Shown here piece after piece: positions 19,807-29,554 of a DNA stretch of 64,000 bases. Under the pieces are notes generated by a model. It was not told the DNA's origin, made no database searches, and saw nothing but the letters and a program-made list of their open reading frames with translations. The stretch comes from an uncultured Bdellovibrionales bacterium (GTDB lineage: Bacteria; Patescibacteriota; Minisyncoccia; Moranbacterales; DUUL01). A program made the position numbers and the translations under genes. The stretch's first letter is position 1. Each line of letters starts with the position of its first letter. The DNA lies in NCBI GenBank assembly GCA_964556685.1, contig CAZKWX010000001.1, positions 95,854 through 159,853 on the forward strand. Direction: 5' to 3'.

Positions 19807-22572
19807 TTAAGCTTTCTGAGGAGACCCCTCAATTGCAACTGCTGATTTTTGTTTTTTCCGTTTAACTAATAAGTGAACTAGCAATATTGCCAGCAATGTG
19901 ATCGGGAACCAGAGCATGGCATCACAACGATAGATCCACCACAAGACCAAACCACCAATCGTGAAAGCTGCCGGCACAACATACTTCCTCATGCCACCCA
20001 ATTCTAGCTCTTTATTGTTCCAGCGAAACAGCGACCAGTTGACCGCCAAGCCATATGAAACCAAAGCTGCAATCCAAATCCAAAGCGGCAACGCGGCACA
20101 AGCCTTGGCATCTGAAACCCCCAGCACCGGTGCTGCTTGAGCAGCCGGAACCAATTCAAAAGGAGGTTCACCTTCTTCAGCTCCGACATAATATCCTTCA
20201 TTCACCACTTGCATGGCCAGGATTGCTTTTCCACTTCTAACTTCATCATCCATCGGATCATCGCCCTTAGCTTTGGCCACGAACTCATAGATTCCGGCAG
20301 AAGCCGAATTATTAATTAGCAACATATATTCAATCATGTACTCGGCTCCTTCTTCCATGTCACCCAATGGCCAGACATATTTGGCGATTTCCACTCCGGC
20401 ATCATTAAATAATCGATCAGAAAGCTTCACATCATAAATCGTGCTATCTCCATCGTTTTCAACATAAATCACGTGATAGACAATTTGACCGTTCACCACT
20501 GGAGCAGAAATGGTTTTCTCTCTCTTCACTTTCAAGCTCGAATCAGGACCCAAATAACTCTCAACCTCATATCCATATTCATACTCGTTATATTCACCTT
20601 CATAATTGTAATAAAGTTTTGTCTCATCTGAATCTGAGTTATTACCCTTTTCCTTTTCTTCAGTTTCAGTGACAATCTCAACTTCAGCGAAAAGAATTTC
20701 TGGCCCGTTTTCAGATTTGACAATAACTTTCATTTCTCCTGCTTGTCCACTGGGCACACTGCCCAAATCCCAAGTATGCGATTTTTTTCCACCCATTTCT
20801 CCACCATTAAGCGACATTGCTAAAGATACATTTTCCGCATCGGCTTTTCCATTGTTTCTAAATTTAACTGTATATTCATTCTGCTCGCCGGCTTCTAGCT
20901 CCTCTTTTCCATCATCAATTTCGACTTCCAATTCCGGATAGGCGAACTCCAGATCTCCTGTCCATTCACCCATAACATTAACCACCCCAAAGAGCCAGTT
21001 GCTGCCAACGATGTTAGTGTTGACCAGGTTGAAAATGTTAGAAAAGGCGCCAGCGTTACCAGTGTTAATTGCCACATCTCCTCCATTTTGATTAGCTTGA
21101 TTTTCGCCAGTGTTTGCATTGGCCTGAGCTGTGTTCGTAATATTTGCTAGGTTGTAGTTTTTAACTGTTAATTTTGCATCCCCTTGCCCTTCTTCGTCGG
21201 CTAAGAAAACATACCCCAGTTCGTCACCTTCATCGCCAAACCAATTTAAGATTTTTCCCCACCAGTTGCCATTTTCGTTGATAGTTAAAGAAAACCAATT
21301 GCTGCCAACAATGTTGGTGTTGGCTTGCGTTTCAACTTGGCTTTGAGCAAAGGCATCGCCAGTTTCAATTTCGACATCGCCATCATTCCCGTTGGCTTCA
21401 TTGTCGCCAGAGTTGGCACTGGCCCCCGCATCATTTTCAATGTCAGCTTGATTTACATTTTCAATTTCAACTGATGAATATTCATTGTTGAAAAATGGGA
21501 AAGACAGCAAGCCTTCTCCCGGAACAATTAAATCTCCTGACCAGTGACCGAAAACGTTGATCACAACAAAGACCCAATTGTCACCCACAATGTTGGTGTT
21601 GACTATATTAACTACATTGACCACTGCTTGAGCATTGCCAGTGTTGATTTCCACATCCCCTTCGTTCTCATTAGCTTCATTTCTTCCTGAGTTAGCATTA
21701 GCCTCTGCATCATTTTCAATGTCAGCTTGATTTTTGTTTTCAATGACTAATTCATCTGGACCTCCATCTTCTTCTTCATTATTTTCCTCTTCATCCATCA
21801 ACCCAATTAGTTTAAGAATGATCTCTAGCAAATTTATATCCTCTTCACTATAACCATAAATATTTTCAACTAAATCTTCCCAGTTCTCACCGACAATATT
21901 TGTGTTAACTTCATTATAGATATTAGCTTCGGCTTGGGCATCTCCAGTTTCGATAATCACTTCATCGTTGTTCTCTTCGTCCCCTTCTTCGCCATTCTCC
22001 TCCTGATTTTCCTCTTCCTCTTCGTTTGATGTTTCCTCCTCTTCGGTTTCCTCGATTGCTGCTGCTTCCTCATTTAGTTCGACTTCTTCCCCTTCTTCAT
22101 TTAACTCCGCTGTTTCTTCTTCATTTTCTTCCTTGGGCGGACATTTTTTCTTTCCTTCATTATTTTCATCTCCTTCTCCTTCTTCATTGTTCTCTTCTTC
22201 GTGAACTTCACATTCATCTTCCTCTTCGTCGACTGATTCTTCTCCGTTATTATTAGCTTCATTGTCACCAGTGTTAGCATCAGACGTTGCTTCATTATCA
22301 ACATCGGCATCATTTTCATTTTCAATCTCCACTTTGGTTTCTTTTTCGTTGTTTCCTTCTTCTTCGTTATTCTCTTCTTGTTCTTCCTCTCCCTCTTCTT
22401 CCAACACTTCTTCTGTTTCTTCTATTACTTCCTCGGTTTCTTCCAGAGGCTCCTCTGCTAATGCTTGTGACACCGCTAACGGCATGGCGGCTTGAAGCAC
22501 GACCAAATTCATGGTTAGCACACCAACCATAAATGTTTTTAGTACTTTTCTCTTTTTGATCTTCAACAACAT
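19807..22572 (-). CDS. large acidic tandem-repeat surface protein (signal peptide, DUF11/CARDB-like module, C-terminal TM anchor)
   Basis: Signal peptide, a poly-E/N acidic region, and at least four copies of an ~55-aa motif (ENxNxADIENDAxAxANSGxNEANxNxGDVEIxTGxAxA...NTNIVGxNW). The C-terminus has two TM helices. Confidence 0.6.
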   Translation of the reverse strand: MLLKIKKRKVLKTFMVGVLTMNLVVLQAAMPLAVSQALAEEPLEETEEVIEETEEVLEEEGEEEQEENNEEEGNNEKETKVEIENENDADVDNEATSDANTGDNEANNNGEESVDEEEDECEVHEEENNEEGEGDENNEGKKKCPPKEENEEETAELNEEGEEVELNEEAAAIEETEEEETSNEEEEENQEENGEEGDEENNDEVIIETGDAQAEANIYNEVNTNIVGENWEDLVENIYGYSEEDINLLEIILKLIGLMDEEENNEEEDGGPDELVIENKNQADIENDAEANANSGRNEANENEGDVEINTGNAQAVVNVVNIVNTNIVGDNWVFVVINVFGHWSGDLIVPGEGLLSFPFFNNEYSSVEIENVNQADIENDAGASANSGDNEANGNDGDVEIETGDAFAQSQVETQANTNIVGSNWFSLTINENGNWWGKILNWFGDEGDELGYVFLADEEGQGDAKLTVKNYNLANITNTAQANANTGENQANQNGGDVAINTGNAGAFSNIFNLVNTNIVGSNWLFGVVNVMGEWTGDLEFAYPELEVEIDDGKEELEAGEQNEYTVKFRNNGKADAENVSLAMSLNGGEMGGKKSHTWDLGSVPSGQAGEMKVIVKSENGPEILFAEVEIVTETEEKEKGNNSDSDETKLYYNYEGEYNEYEYGYEVESYLGPDSSLKVKREKTISAPVVNGQIVYHVIYVENDGDSTIYDVKLSDRLFNDAGVEIAKYVWPLGDMEEGAEYMIEYMLLINNSASAGIYEFVAKAKGDDPMDDEVRSGKAILAMQVVNEGYYVGAEEGEPPFELVPAAQAAPVLGVSDAKACAALPLWIWIAALVSYGLAVNWSLFRWNNKELELGGMRKYVVPAAFTIGGLVLWWIYRCDAMLWFPITLLAILLVHLLVKRKKQKSAVAIEGSPQKA

Positions 22573-22771
22573 GTCTATGTATATTTAGAAATAATTTTGT
22601 AACCCTTGAATCGAGTCCTGATTTTCTTAAGACCTACTACTTACAACCAGACATACAACCAACGCCCTTCTTACCTACTGCCTTCCAATAAAGTCCACGG
22701 CTGAGGGGAAAAGTTTACCACCGCTTTCCCCCTCGAGCTGAGAACTCTATCGCTTATAAGCGATCACGTAA

Positions 22772-23287
22772 CTATCGGATCCTGGTTACGTTGCTGTTCA
22801 CCAATACTGTAGCTTCTGCCCAAGAGTCAGCATCGCCAGTATAGATTTCTACTGCTCCACCTCGACCTCCACAACGACCACACCGTCCTCTTCTGCTTCC
22901 ATTGTCATTAGCATCGTTCTTGCCAGTGTCTGATTCAGCGCTAACATCATTGTCAACGTCAGCGTCGTTTCCATTGCCTACCCACACTCGACTGTGCCGA
23001 CCGCTAATCATAGTTCGGTTTTCGTTAGCGGTTGTGTCAGCGTAAGCATCAGATATAGCATCGCCGGTATCAATCATAACTCTTCTGGCTCGGTTTCGAT
23101 TAGCATCGTTCTTACCAGTGTCTGATTCAGCGCTAACATCATTGTCAACGTCAGCGTCGTTCCAGTTTTCTACTGAAACGCTAGACCCACGATGATGATG
23201 GCGTCCTGCGAAAGCTGGAGCAACTACGAATGCAAATACTATAGCCGCTACAGGAATAATTGCTAAATACTTTTTCATTTTGTTCAC
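22772..23287 (-). CDS. secreted paralog carrying the same repeat motif
   Basis: Signal peptide plus two copies of NDADVDNDVSAESDTGKNDAN...TGDA. Also His-rich and Gly/Arg/Cys-rich segments. Confidence 0.55.
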   Translation of the reverse strand: MNKMKKYLAIIPVAAIVFAFVVAPAFAGRHHHRGSSVSVENWNDADVDNDVSAESDTGKNDANRNRARRVMIDTGDAISDAYADTTANENRTMISGRHSRVWVGNGNDADVDNDVSAESDTGKNDANDNGSRRGRCGRCGGRGGAVEIYTGDADSWAEATVLVNSNVTRIR

Positions 23288-24048
23288 CTTCCTTTCTAGT
23301 TTTAAGATTTATTTTACTTTCTGTTTATTTCATGCATCGCAAACAAAAACTGCCCCTTGGTTCAACTTTTTTTCAAGTAAACCAAAAGGCAGTCCCTGTT
23401 GTTCGAAATCACAAAAATTTTTCTTGAGTCAGAACGCTCAGAACAAATCATTGTTATCTCCTCTAATTCTTATCAATCCCTCCGCCCCTCCAAACCCTCC
23501 AAATCTCAAAAGCGAACTAACCTCCTATTATCTTTCTTACATAAGCCCTAACTGCGTTCTTTCATTATGATATATAATAATTTCTTAAAATGCAAACTAT
23601 TCTTGCTTCTTCGAATACCTCATGTAGGAAACGCACATGTGCGTTTCCTACGCTGACATCTGTCTGCGTCTTCATGATCCGATAATTTTTTAAAAGTTTC
23701 TTTTTATAACAACACAACTAACTCTTCATTGTCAATTATCGGATATACTGAAAAGTCTTTATTTAAAGTAAACTATTAAAGCTAAAATCTTTTACTCTTT
23801 TCCGGGTTTTTATAACGTTTTCAATGTTTTTCAATGTTTAAATTTTCAATTCGAGTTTTTTATAAACAAAAACCATATAAAAAAACAGGCATGTCAATGC
23901 CCATCTATTTTTTCTCCCCCTGCCCACCTGCCTTCCGTAGCTTTCCTGGCCTTCATAGTTTTAGCGAAGTGGACAGCGAAGGAAGGAGGGGGAGATACAG
24001 AGGGGGTGGGAGCTTTTCCCCATCGCCCCTTTGACCTCAGTGCTCTTG

Positions 24049-24456
24049 CTAGCGCTTCGACCACTGAGGTGATCGTCTCGCTTTCTTCAGTCCTGGCTTC
24101 TTCCTTTCCTTCTTTCGTGGATCGCGTTTGAGATGATCCAGGTCTCGCAAAGTCTTTTGAAACTCTCCGTTGAGTTTCACCAAGGCTCGTGCCAAACCTA
24201 GTTGAATTGCATCTGCCTGGCCGCGCTGTCCGCCACCTTTCACCCTGGCTTTGATCAAAAGATCTTTCATGGCGGTGGCTTCGAGTGGAGCATAGACTGC
24301 GTTGATTAGTTCAATCGTGTTGAAATATTCTTCGGCTTTTCTTTTGCCCACTTTGATTCCCTTTTCCTTTTCACCTTCAAAAATCCGCACTCTGGCAATT
24401 GATGCTTTGCGTCGTCCCACTCCTTCATAGTATTGATTTTTTTCTTGCTTAGCCAT
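24049..24456 (-). CDS. rpsI: 30S ribosomal protein S9
   Basis: GGGQRGQADAIQLGLARAL...KKARRSPQWSKR. Confidence 0.93.
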   Translation of the reverse strand: MAKQEKNQYYEGVGRRKASIARVRIFEGEKEKGIKVGKRKAEEYFNTIELINAVYAPLEATAMKDLLIKARVKGGGQRGQADAIQLGLARALVKLNGEFQKTLRDLDHLKRDPRKKERKKPGLKKARRSPQWSKR

Positions 24457-24464
24457 TTTGAAAA

Positions 24465-24857
24465 TTATTTAATCTTTTTTCCGAATGTATGCTTATCGTC
24501 TTTGAAAATTCTCAGCCGTTTCATCGCTCGGCTAGAAAGTTTGTTCTTTGGCAGCATTCCTTCCACTGCGTGTTTGATCACCTCTCGAGAATCCTCTCCC
24601 ATTGCCTCCTCAAAAGTTCTTTGCTTGATTCCGCCAGGATAGCCAGTGTGGCGCCAATAGATTTTTTTCTTGGCTTTCTCACCAGAGAGCCTCACTTTAT
24701 CAGAGTTGATCACGATTGCCCAATCGCTTCCGCCCACGTTGGGAGCAAAGTCAACTTTATTTTTTCCACTTAATACTTTGGCAATCTCGGTCGCCAAACG
24801 TCCGAGGATTTTTCCCTTGGCATCAAACAGAATATATTGTTCTTCTTGCTTGTTCAT
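24465..24857 (-). CDS. rplM: 50S ribosomal protein L13
   Basis: The L13 core is ILGRLATEIAKVLSGKNK...HTGYPGG. The start was moved from the ORF-track start to the internal MNKQEEQ. Confidence 0.9.
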   Translation of the reverse strand: MNKQEEQYILFDAKGKILGRLATEIAKVLSGKNKVDFAPNVGGSDWAIVINSDKVRLSGEKAKKKIYWRHTGYPGGIKQRTFEEAMGEDSREVIKHAVEGMLPKNKLSSRAMKRLRIFKDDKHTFGKKIK

Positions 24858-24964
24858 CCTTGCATTGTCATTCCCGCACCGCATCCAACCTATGCTAAAG
24901 CTACGGCAGGCAGGCAAGTGCGGCATAAACTCCGGCGGGAATCTATTAATTTAATGATTCAGAA

Positions 24965-25447
24965 TTATTTCTTATCGTCTTTAGCCTTCTCTTCTTCCTT
25001 CTTCTCTTTTTTTGACTTTTTCTTGTCATCTTGCGCGTTAGCGCTCTTCGAAGTCCCGCTTTTACGGGACGAAGTAGAGCCAGCTTCCCCCACCCACTCG
25101 ATAATGGCTCGTTCAGAACTGTCACTCTTTCGAAATGGCAATTTTACAATTCTAGTATAACCGCCCTTGCGATCAGAAAAGGTTTTGGCAATCTCAATCA
25201 ATTTCTTGGCAGATTTTTCCGGCAAATCTTTCTTGAGCAAGCGGATAGCTGTTACTTTCTTTAAATCATCTGTTGCTTTTTTCGCCCGCGTCACCATCTT
25301 CTCTGCAAAGGGTCGCAACTCTTTGGCTTTGGCCAATGTCGTTTCAATCCTTCGAGTTGAGATCAAACCAACCAAAAGCGACCTGAGCAGTGCTCTCTTT
25401 TGCTTTGAACTTCGTGATAATGTTCTTCCAACTCTTCGCTTTTTCAT
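24965..25447 (-). CDS. rplQ: 50S ribosomal protein L17 with Lys/Glu-rich C-terminal extension
   Basis: L17 core (GRTLSRSSKQKRALLRSL...GGYTRIVKL). Confidence 0.9.
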   Translation of the reverse strand: MKKRRVGRTLSRSSKQKRALLRSLLVGLISTRRIETTLAKAKELRPFAEKMVTRAKKATDDLKKVTAIRLLKKDLPEKSAKKLIEIAKTFSDRKGGYTRIVKLPFRKSDSSERAIIEWVGEAGSTSSRKSGTSKSANAQDDKKKSKKEKKEEEKAKDDKK

Positions 25448-25464
25448 GATTTATCTCGCTAAAT

Positions 25465-26448
25465 CTATTTTTCTTGTTGCTCTTCTGGTTTAAGAGTTAT
25501 TCCCAACGTCCCAATCGCTTTTTTGATCTCCTTGACTCCCTTTTCACCCATTCCTTCCAATTCAGAAAGATCCTCTTCAGTCATGGCTTCCAGTTGGTCA
25601 ACATTTTCGACATCATTAGCTTCCAAAACATTAAGGGTTCGAGTGGACAGATTTAAATCTCTCACACCTTTCGTTTCTTCTTCAACTTCCTCTTTCCCAT
25701 CCTCCTTTTCTTGGCCTTCTTCTTCGTCCACCACCAGTTCCTTCGGTGCATCTTCTTCATCAGCTCCAATGTTGGCCACTGCGTTGAACTGAGACATCAG
25801 AATTTCCACCGCTTGGGTGTAGGCTTCTTCTGGAGTGATGCTGCCGTCAGTCACTACTTCAAGAGTGATCTTGTCATAGTCTGTTCTTTTTCCAACTCGC
25901 ATGTTGTCAATGTCAAAATTAACTCTCTTAACCGGATTATAGACAGCGTCAATGGCGATAGTTCCAATTTCTTTTTCTTCTCGCTCTTGCTGTTCCACGG
26001 GAACATAGCCCAATCCTCTTTCCACTTTCACTTCCAATTCCAAAACTGCTGACGAGGTGGTGGTGTGAGCAACGACTTTCCCCGGATTGACCACTTCAAT
26101 TTCAGAAGTAGTTTTGAAATCCTTGGCGATTACTTCCTTTTCGCCCTTCACTTTGAGGAAAATAGTTGCTTCTTCAACATCGTGGAGTCTGAAGCGAACT
26201 TGCTTGAGATTCAACATTATTTGAACGGCGTCTTCCATCACTCCTTTAACAGTAGTAAATTCGTGAGTAATTCCCTTGATTTTCACCGCCGTAGCTGCAT
26301 TGCCTGGCAAAGACGAAAGCAGGGCTCGACGCAGCGAATTTCCAATGGTTGTTCCATAGCCCGGGAAACATCCTTCGATGACAAAGCGACCGCTGTTGTC
26401 ATCGATTTTCTCATACTTAGGTGATTTGGGGAGCGCGATTGAGATCAT
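25465..26448 (-). CDS. rpoA: DNA-directed RNA polymerase alpha subunit
   Basis: N-terminal domain GYGTTIGNSLRRALLSSLPG and an acidic C-terminal CTD. Confidence 0.93.
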   Translation of the reverse strand: MISIALPKSPKYEKIDDNSGRFVIEGCFPGYGTTIGNSLRRALLSSLPGNAATAVKIKGITHEFTTVKGVMEDAVQIMLNLKQVRFRLHDVEEATIFLKVKGEKEVIAKDFKTTSEIEVVNPGKVVAHTTTSSAVLELEVKVERGLGYVPVEQQEREEKEIGTIAIDAVYNPVKRVNFDIDNMRVGKRTDYDKITLEVVTDGSITPEEAYTQAVEILMSQFNAVANIGADEEDAPKELVVDEEEGQEKEDGKEEVEEETKGVRDLNLSTRTLNVLEANDVENVDQLEAMTEEDLSELEGMGEKGVKEIKKAIGTLGITLKPEEQQEK

Positions 26449-26670
26449 TTTTTTTACAATTAATAATTACTTTATTTTTTGTAATCCTTTACGAATTACT
26501 AATCAAATACCAATATACCAATAAAAATCCTAAACTCTAAATTCAAATACCTGAAATTCAAAATGTTCTGAGCTTAAAATTTGGAAAATTTGAATTTATT
26601 TAGGGTTTAGATATTAGGATTTAGGATTTAAACAAATTCGTATATTCGTACAAAATTCGTAATTCGTAAC

Positions 26671-27303
26671 CTATCGTGAGTAGAATTCAAGTACTGCTGC
26701 TAGATCCACATCTGAGATTGCTTCCTCTTTGGTCGGCTTGGACAGAACTTTGGCTTGCATATTTTTGGGATCGAGCGAAAGCCACGATGGCGTTTCTTGT
26801 TTTTTCTTCATGATTGATCGCAATTCTTTCATGTAGGTCTTCTCCATTTTTCCTTCCTTCACCTGAATCTCCTGACCCACTTTGATCTTGGCTGAGGGAA
26901 CATTCAGCACCTTGTCGCCCACAGTGAACATACTGTGGCTGACTAGTTGTCGAGCTTGCGCCCGAGAGCTTGCGATTCCCAAACGATAGATTATATTATC
27001 AAATCTGGATTCCAATTCCAAAATTAGATTATCACCCACCACACCTTTTTGTTTTTGAGCATTTCCCAAATGCCGGCGCAATTGCCGCTCTGACAGGCCA
27101 TAAAGTCTTTTGAGCTTTTGCTTCTCGGCTAGCTGTTTTCCAAATTCTGAAAGTCCTCTTTGCCCTTTTGGCCCGTGCATTCCTGGCACATAGGGCTTTC
27201 TAGTCACCGCGCACTTTGGCGTGAGACACCGATCACCCTTAAGAAAGAGCTTCTCTCCAGCCCTGCGACAAAGTTTACATTTTGAATTCGAATCTTTCGC
27301 CAT
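26671..27303 (-). CDS. rpsD: 30S ribosomal protein S4
   Basis: CKLCRRAGEKLFLKGDRCLTPKCA zinc ribbon plus the S4 domain. Confidence 0.93.
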   Translation of the reverse strand: MAKDSNSKCKLCRRAGEKLFLKGDRCLTPKCAVTRKPYVPGMHGPKGQRGLSEFGKQLAEKQKLKRLYGLSERQLRRHLGNAQKQKGVVGDNLILELESRFDNIIYRLGIASSRAQARQLVSHSMFTVGDKVLNVPSAKIKVGQEIQVKEGKMEKTYMKELRSIMKKKQETPSWLSLDPKNMQAKVLSKPTKEEAISDVDLAAVLEFYSR

Positions 27304-27492
27304 TTTAGATAATACTTAATAATGCTAATCTCATGCGAATTTTGCTAATATACCAATCGTTTTTTCTATTCGCATATTCGCAACATTCGCATACCATTCG
27401 TAGATTAGTATTATATTGTTCGTATCATTCGCATATCATTCGCCCGCCTGCTTTGCATGCACAGCATTGCGGGCAGGTGGATTAGTATTACA
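27304..27492. repeat. intergenic cassette between rpsK and rpsD with 11-bp terminal inverted repeats
   Basis: ATAATACT...GGATTAGTATTA ends. Internal CTAATCTCATGCGAAT, (C)ATTCGCAT direct repeats and a conserved GC hairpin (cattcgcccgcctgctttgcatgcacagcattgcgggcaggtgg). Confidence 0.75.
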
Positions 27493-28086
27493 TTAAACTC
27501 TTCTGGGCTTCTTTGGTCGACAACCATTGTGAGGAATTGGAGTTACATCTTTGATTGAAGACAAATTATATCCTTTCTGAACTAATGCCCGCAGAGCTGC
27601 ATCTCGACCACTGCCAACACCTTTAATGAAAACTTCGACATCTCTCAGGCCGAATCTTTGCACCTTGTCATGCGCATCATTGATCACTTGAGCAGCCGCG
27701 TAGGTGGTTGCTTTCTTGGCTCCTCTGAATCCCAAAAGTCCCGCCGAAGACCAAGCCAAGCCGTTGCCATGAATATCTGTGAATTGAATAGTGGTGTTGT
27801 TATAAGTCGACTTGATATATGCTCGTCCTTTCTGAATTTGTCTTCGAATCTTCTTTTTCTTTCGTCCGGAAGACTTATCGTCATTTTCTTTTTTACCCTT
27901 ATCATCTTTGCCAGTATCTTTTCTGTTTTCCTTTTTTTCATCAGCACTCTTGGATGTTTTGCTTTTTTTCTCCACCACAACATCGGCCTCTTTCGAGATC
28001 TTTTCTTCTTTCGCGTCAGCGCCCTTCGTAGCCCCGTTTTGACGGGGCGAAGTAGGGTCTTCAGTTTTCTTTTTCTCTTCAGCCAT
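27493..28086 (-). CDS. rpsK: 30S ribosomal protein S11 with ~70-aa Lys/Glu-rich N-terminal extension
   Basis: S11 core (GRAYIKSTYNNTTIQFTD...GSGRDAALRAL). Confidence 0.92.
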   Translation of the reverse strand: MAEEKKKTEDPTSPRQNGATKGADAKEEKISKEADVVVEKKSKTSKSADEKKENRKDTGKDDKGKKENDDKSSGRKKKKIRRQIQKGRAYIKSTYNNTTIQFTDIHGNGLAWSSAGLLGFRGAKKATTYAAAQVINDAHDKVQRFGLRDVEVFIKGVGSGRDAALRALVQKGYNLSSIKDVTPIPHNGCRPKKPRRV

Positions 28087-28313
28087 ATAAATATAATACT
28101 AATAACACTAATCTCATGCGAATGCCGCTAATACGCTAATAAATACAATACTAATGGATGTTACTTTATGCTAATCTTTCCTAGGTTCAATTCGCATATT
28201 CGCATCATTCGCATATCATTCGCCCGCCTGCTTTGCATGCACAGCATTGCGGGCAGGTGGATTAGTATTATACCCATTTGTACATCTGTATATCTGTACT
28301 TAATCTGTAATTA
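28087..28313. repeat. intergenic cassette between rpsM and rpsK (same family, TIRs ATAATACTAAT / ATTAGTATTAT)
   Basis: Same module order as 27304..27492. The GC hairpin is identical over 53 nt. Confidence 0.75.
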
Positions 28314-28703
28314 CTATGTTTTTTCAACACTCCTTCGACCACTGCCCATGGTCACTCGCTTATTACCTCGTACTGTACGCGTGTTGGTTCTGGTCTTTTG
28401 GCCCCGCACTGGCAATCCCTTGCTATGTCTTGATCCGCGATAGGAACCAACTTCTTTGAGTCGCTTGATGTTCATTGACTTCTGCCGCTTCAATTCTCCT
28501 TCTAGCGTATACTTATCTTCAATTTCGGCCCGCAGTTTGTTCAGATCATCGGCTGAAAGTTTGCCGGCTCGAATATCCTTGTCGATACTCAATCTATCCA
28601 AGATTTCTCCAGCTCGAGAACGACCGATGCCATAAACATAGGTTAGGGAAATTTCTATTCTTTTTTCATCGGGAATGTTCACCCCGGCGATTCTTACAGC
28701 CAT
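28314..28703 (-). CDS. rpsM: 30S ribosomal protein S13
   Basis: [27 protein letters not shown]... The start was moved from the ORF-track start to this internal Met. Confidence 0.92.
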   Translation of the reverse strand: MAVRIAGVNIPDEKRIEISLTYVYGIGRSRAGEILDRLSIDKDIRAGKLSADDLNKLRAEIEDKYTLEGELKRQKSMNIKRLKEVGSYRGSRHSKGLPVRGQKTRTNTRTVRGNKRVTMGSGRRSVEKT

Positions 28704-28856
28704 AATTATAATACTAAATGACACTAATCTCATGTGAATACCACTAATATGCTAATCTTCTGTCCGATACTTATTCGCATATTCGCGTCATTCGCATGTC
28801 ATTCGCCCGCCTGCTTTGCATGCACAGCATTGCGGGCAGGTGGATTAGTATTGCGT
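28704..28856. repeat. intergenic cassette between rpmJ and rpsM (same family)
   Basis: Left end TAATACTAAAT, internal CTAATCTCATGTGAAT, ATTCGCAT repeats, identical GC hairpin, right end GGATTAGTATT. The right end abuts the rpmJ stop. Confidence 0.75.
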
Positions 28857-28970
28857 CTATCCTTGTCGTTGTTTATGCTTCGGATTTTTACAAATAACAT
28901 AAACTCGCCCTTTGCGTCGGACGATTTTACATTTGTCACATCTTTTTTTTACCGAAGCTTGAACTTTCAC
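28857..28970 (-). CDS. rpmJ: 50S ribosomal protein L36 (GTG start)
   Basis: Not in the ORF track (37 aa). Hand translation gives [37 protein letters not shown], a perfect L36 zinc-ribbon signature. Confidence 0.85.
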   Translation of the reverse strand: MKVQASVKKRCDKCKIVRRKGRVYVICKNPKHKQRQG

Positions 28971-29335
28971 AGTTGTTTACGAATTACCTGCCCGCTTTGT
29001 GTTGCTGACTGGTAATGTTTTGCTAAATGCAATTAATTATTTGGAAAAAAATAACTTAAATCTGATTATCAAAGCAAGGCAGGCGGGCTAATCAAATACC
29101 AATATACGGATCTTTCTGTCAACGTTTAATGTCTAGTCTTAGTTCTCTTGTTTCCTTTCCCCCTTTAGCAAAGGGGGGAAGGAAAATATAGGCGAGTGAA
29201 GCGAGCCATATTTTTCAGGCCTGCCCTACGAAGCTTTCCTGACCTTCGTAGTTTCAACGAAGTAGGTTAGCGAAGTAGGGGGGATTTGAATTTGTTCGTA
29301 TATTCGTACTAAATTCGTAATTCGTAGAGAACTTT

Positions 29336-29554
29336 CTAGAGCCTGCGAGTAATCCGGCCTTTGGTCAAATCATAGGGACTCATTTCGATTTCAACCTTAT
29401 CACCCGGCATCAATTTGATAAAATGAATTCTCATTTTCCCGGAAATATGCGCCAAAATAATATGCCCGTTTTCAAGTTTGACTCGGAACATTGTGCTGGG
29501 AAGCAACTCGGTCACTTCCCCTTCAAGTTTTACAATTTCCTTTTCCTTAGACAT
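29336..29554 (-). CDS. infA: translation initiation factor IF-1
   Basis: [42 protein letters not shown]... The start was trimmed to the internal Met. Confidence 0.9.
   Translation of the reverse strand: MSKEKEIVKLEGEVTELLPSTMFRVKLENGHIILAHISGKMRIHFIKLMPGDKVEIEMSPYDLTKGRITRRL

Noticed and set aside
3728-28131. Numerous antisense or overlapping ORFs in the track (e.g. 3728..4201, 10456..11049, 14618..14842, 27658..28131, 30641..31105)
   Set aside because: They lie opposite to or out of frame within well-supported conserved genes. They have low-complexity or repeat-driven translations and lack RBSs. They were treated as shadow ORFs.
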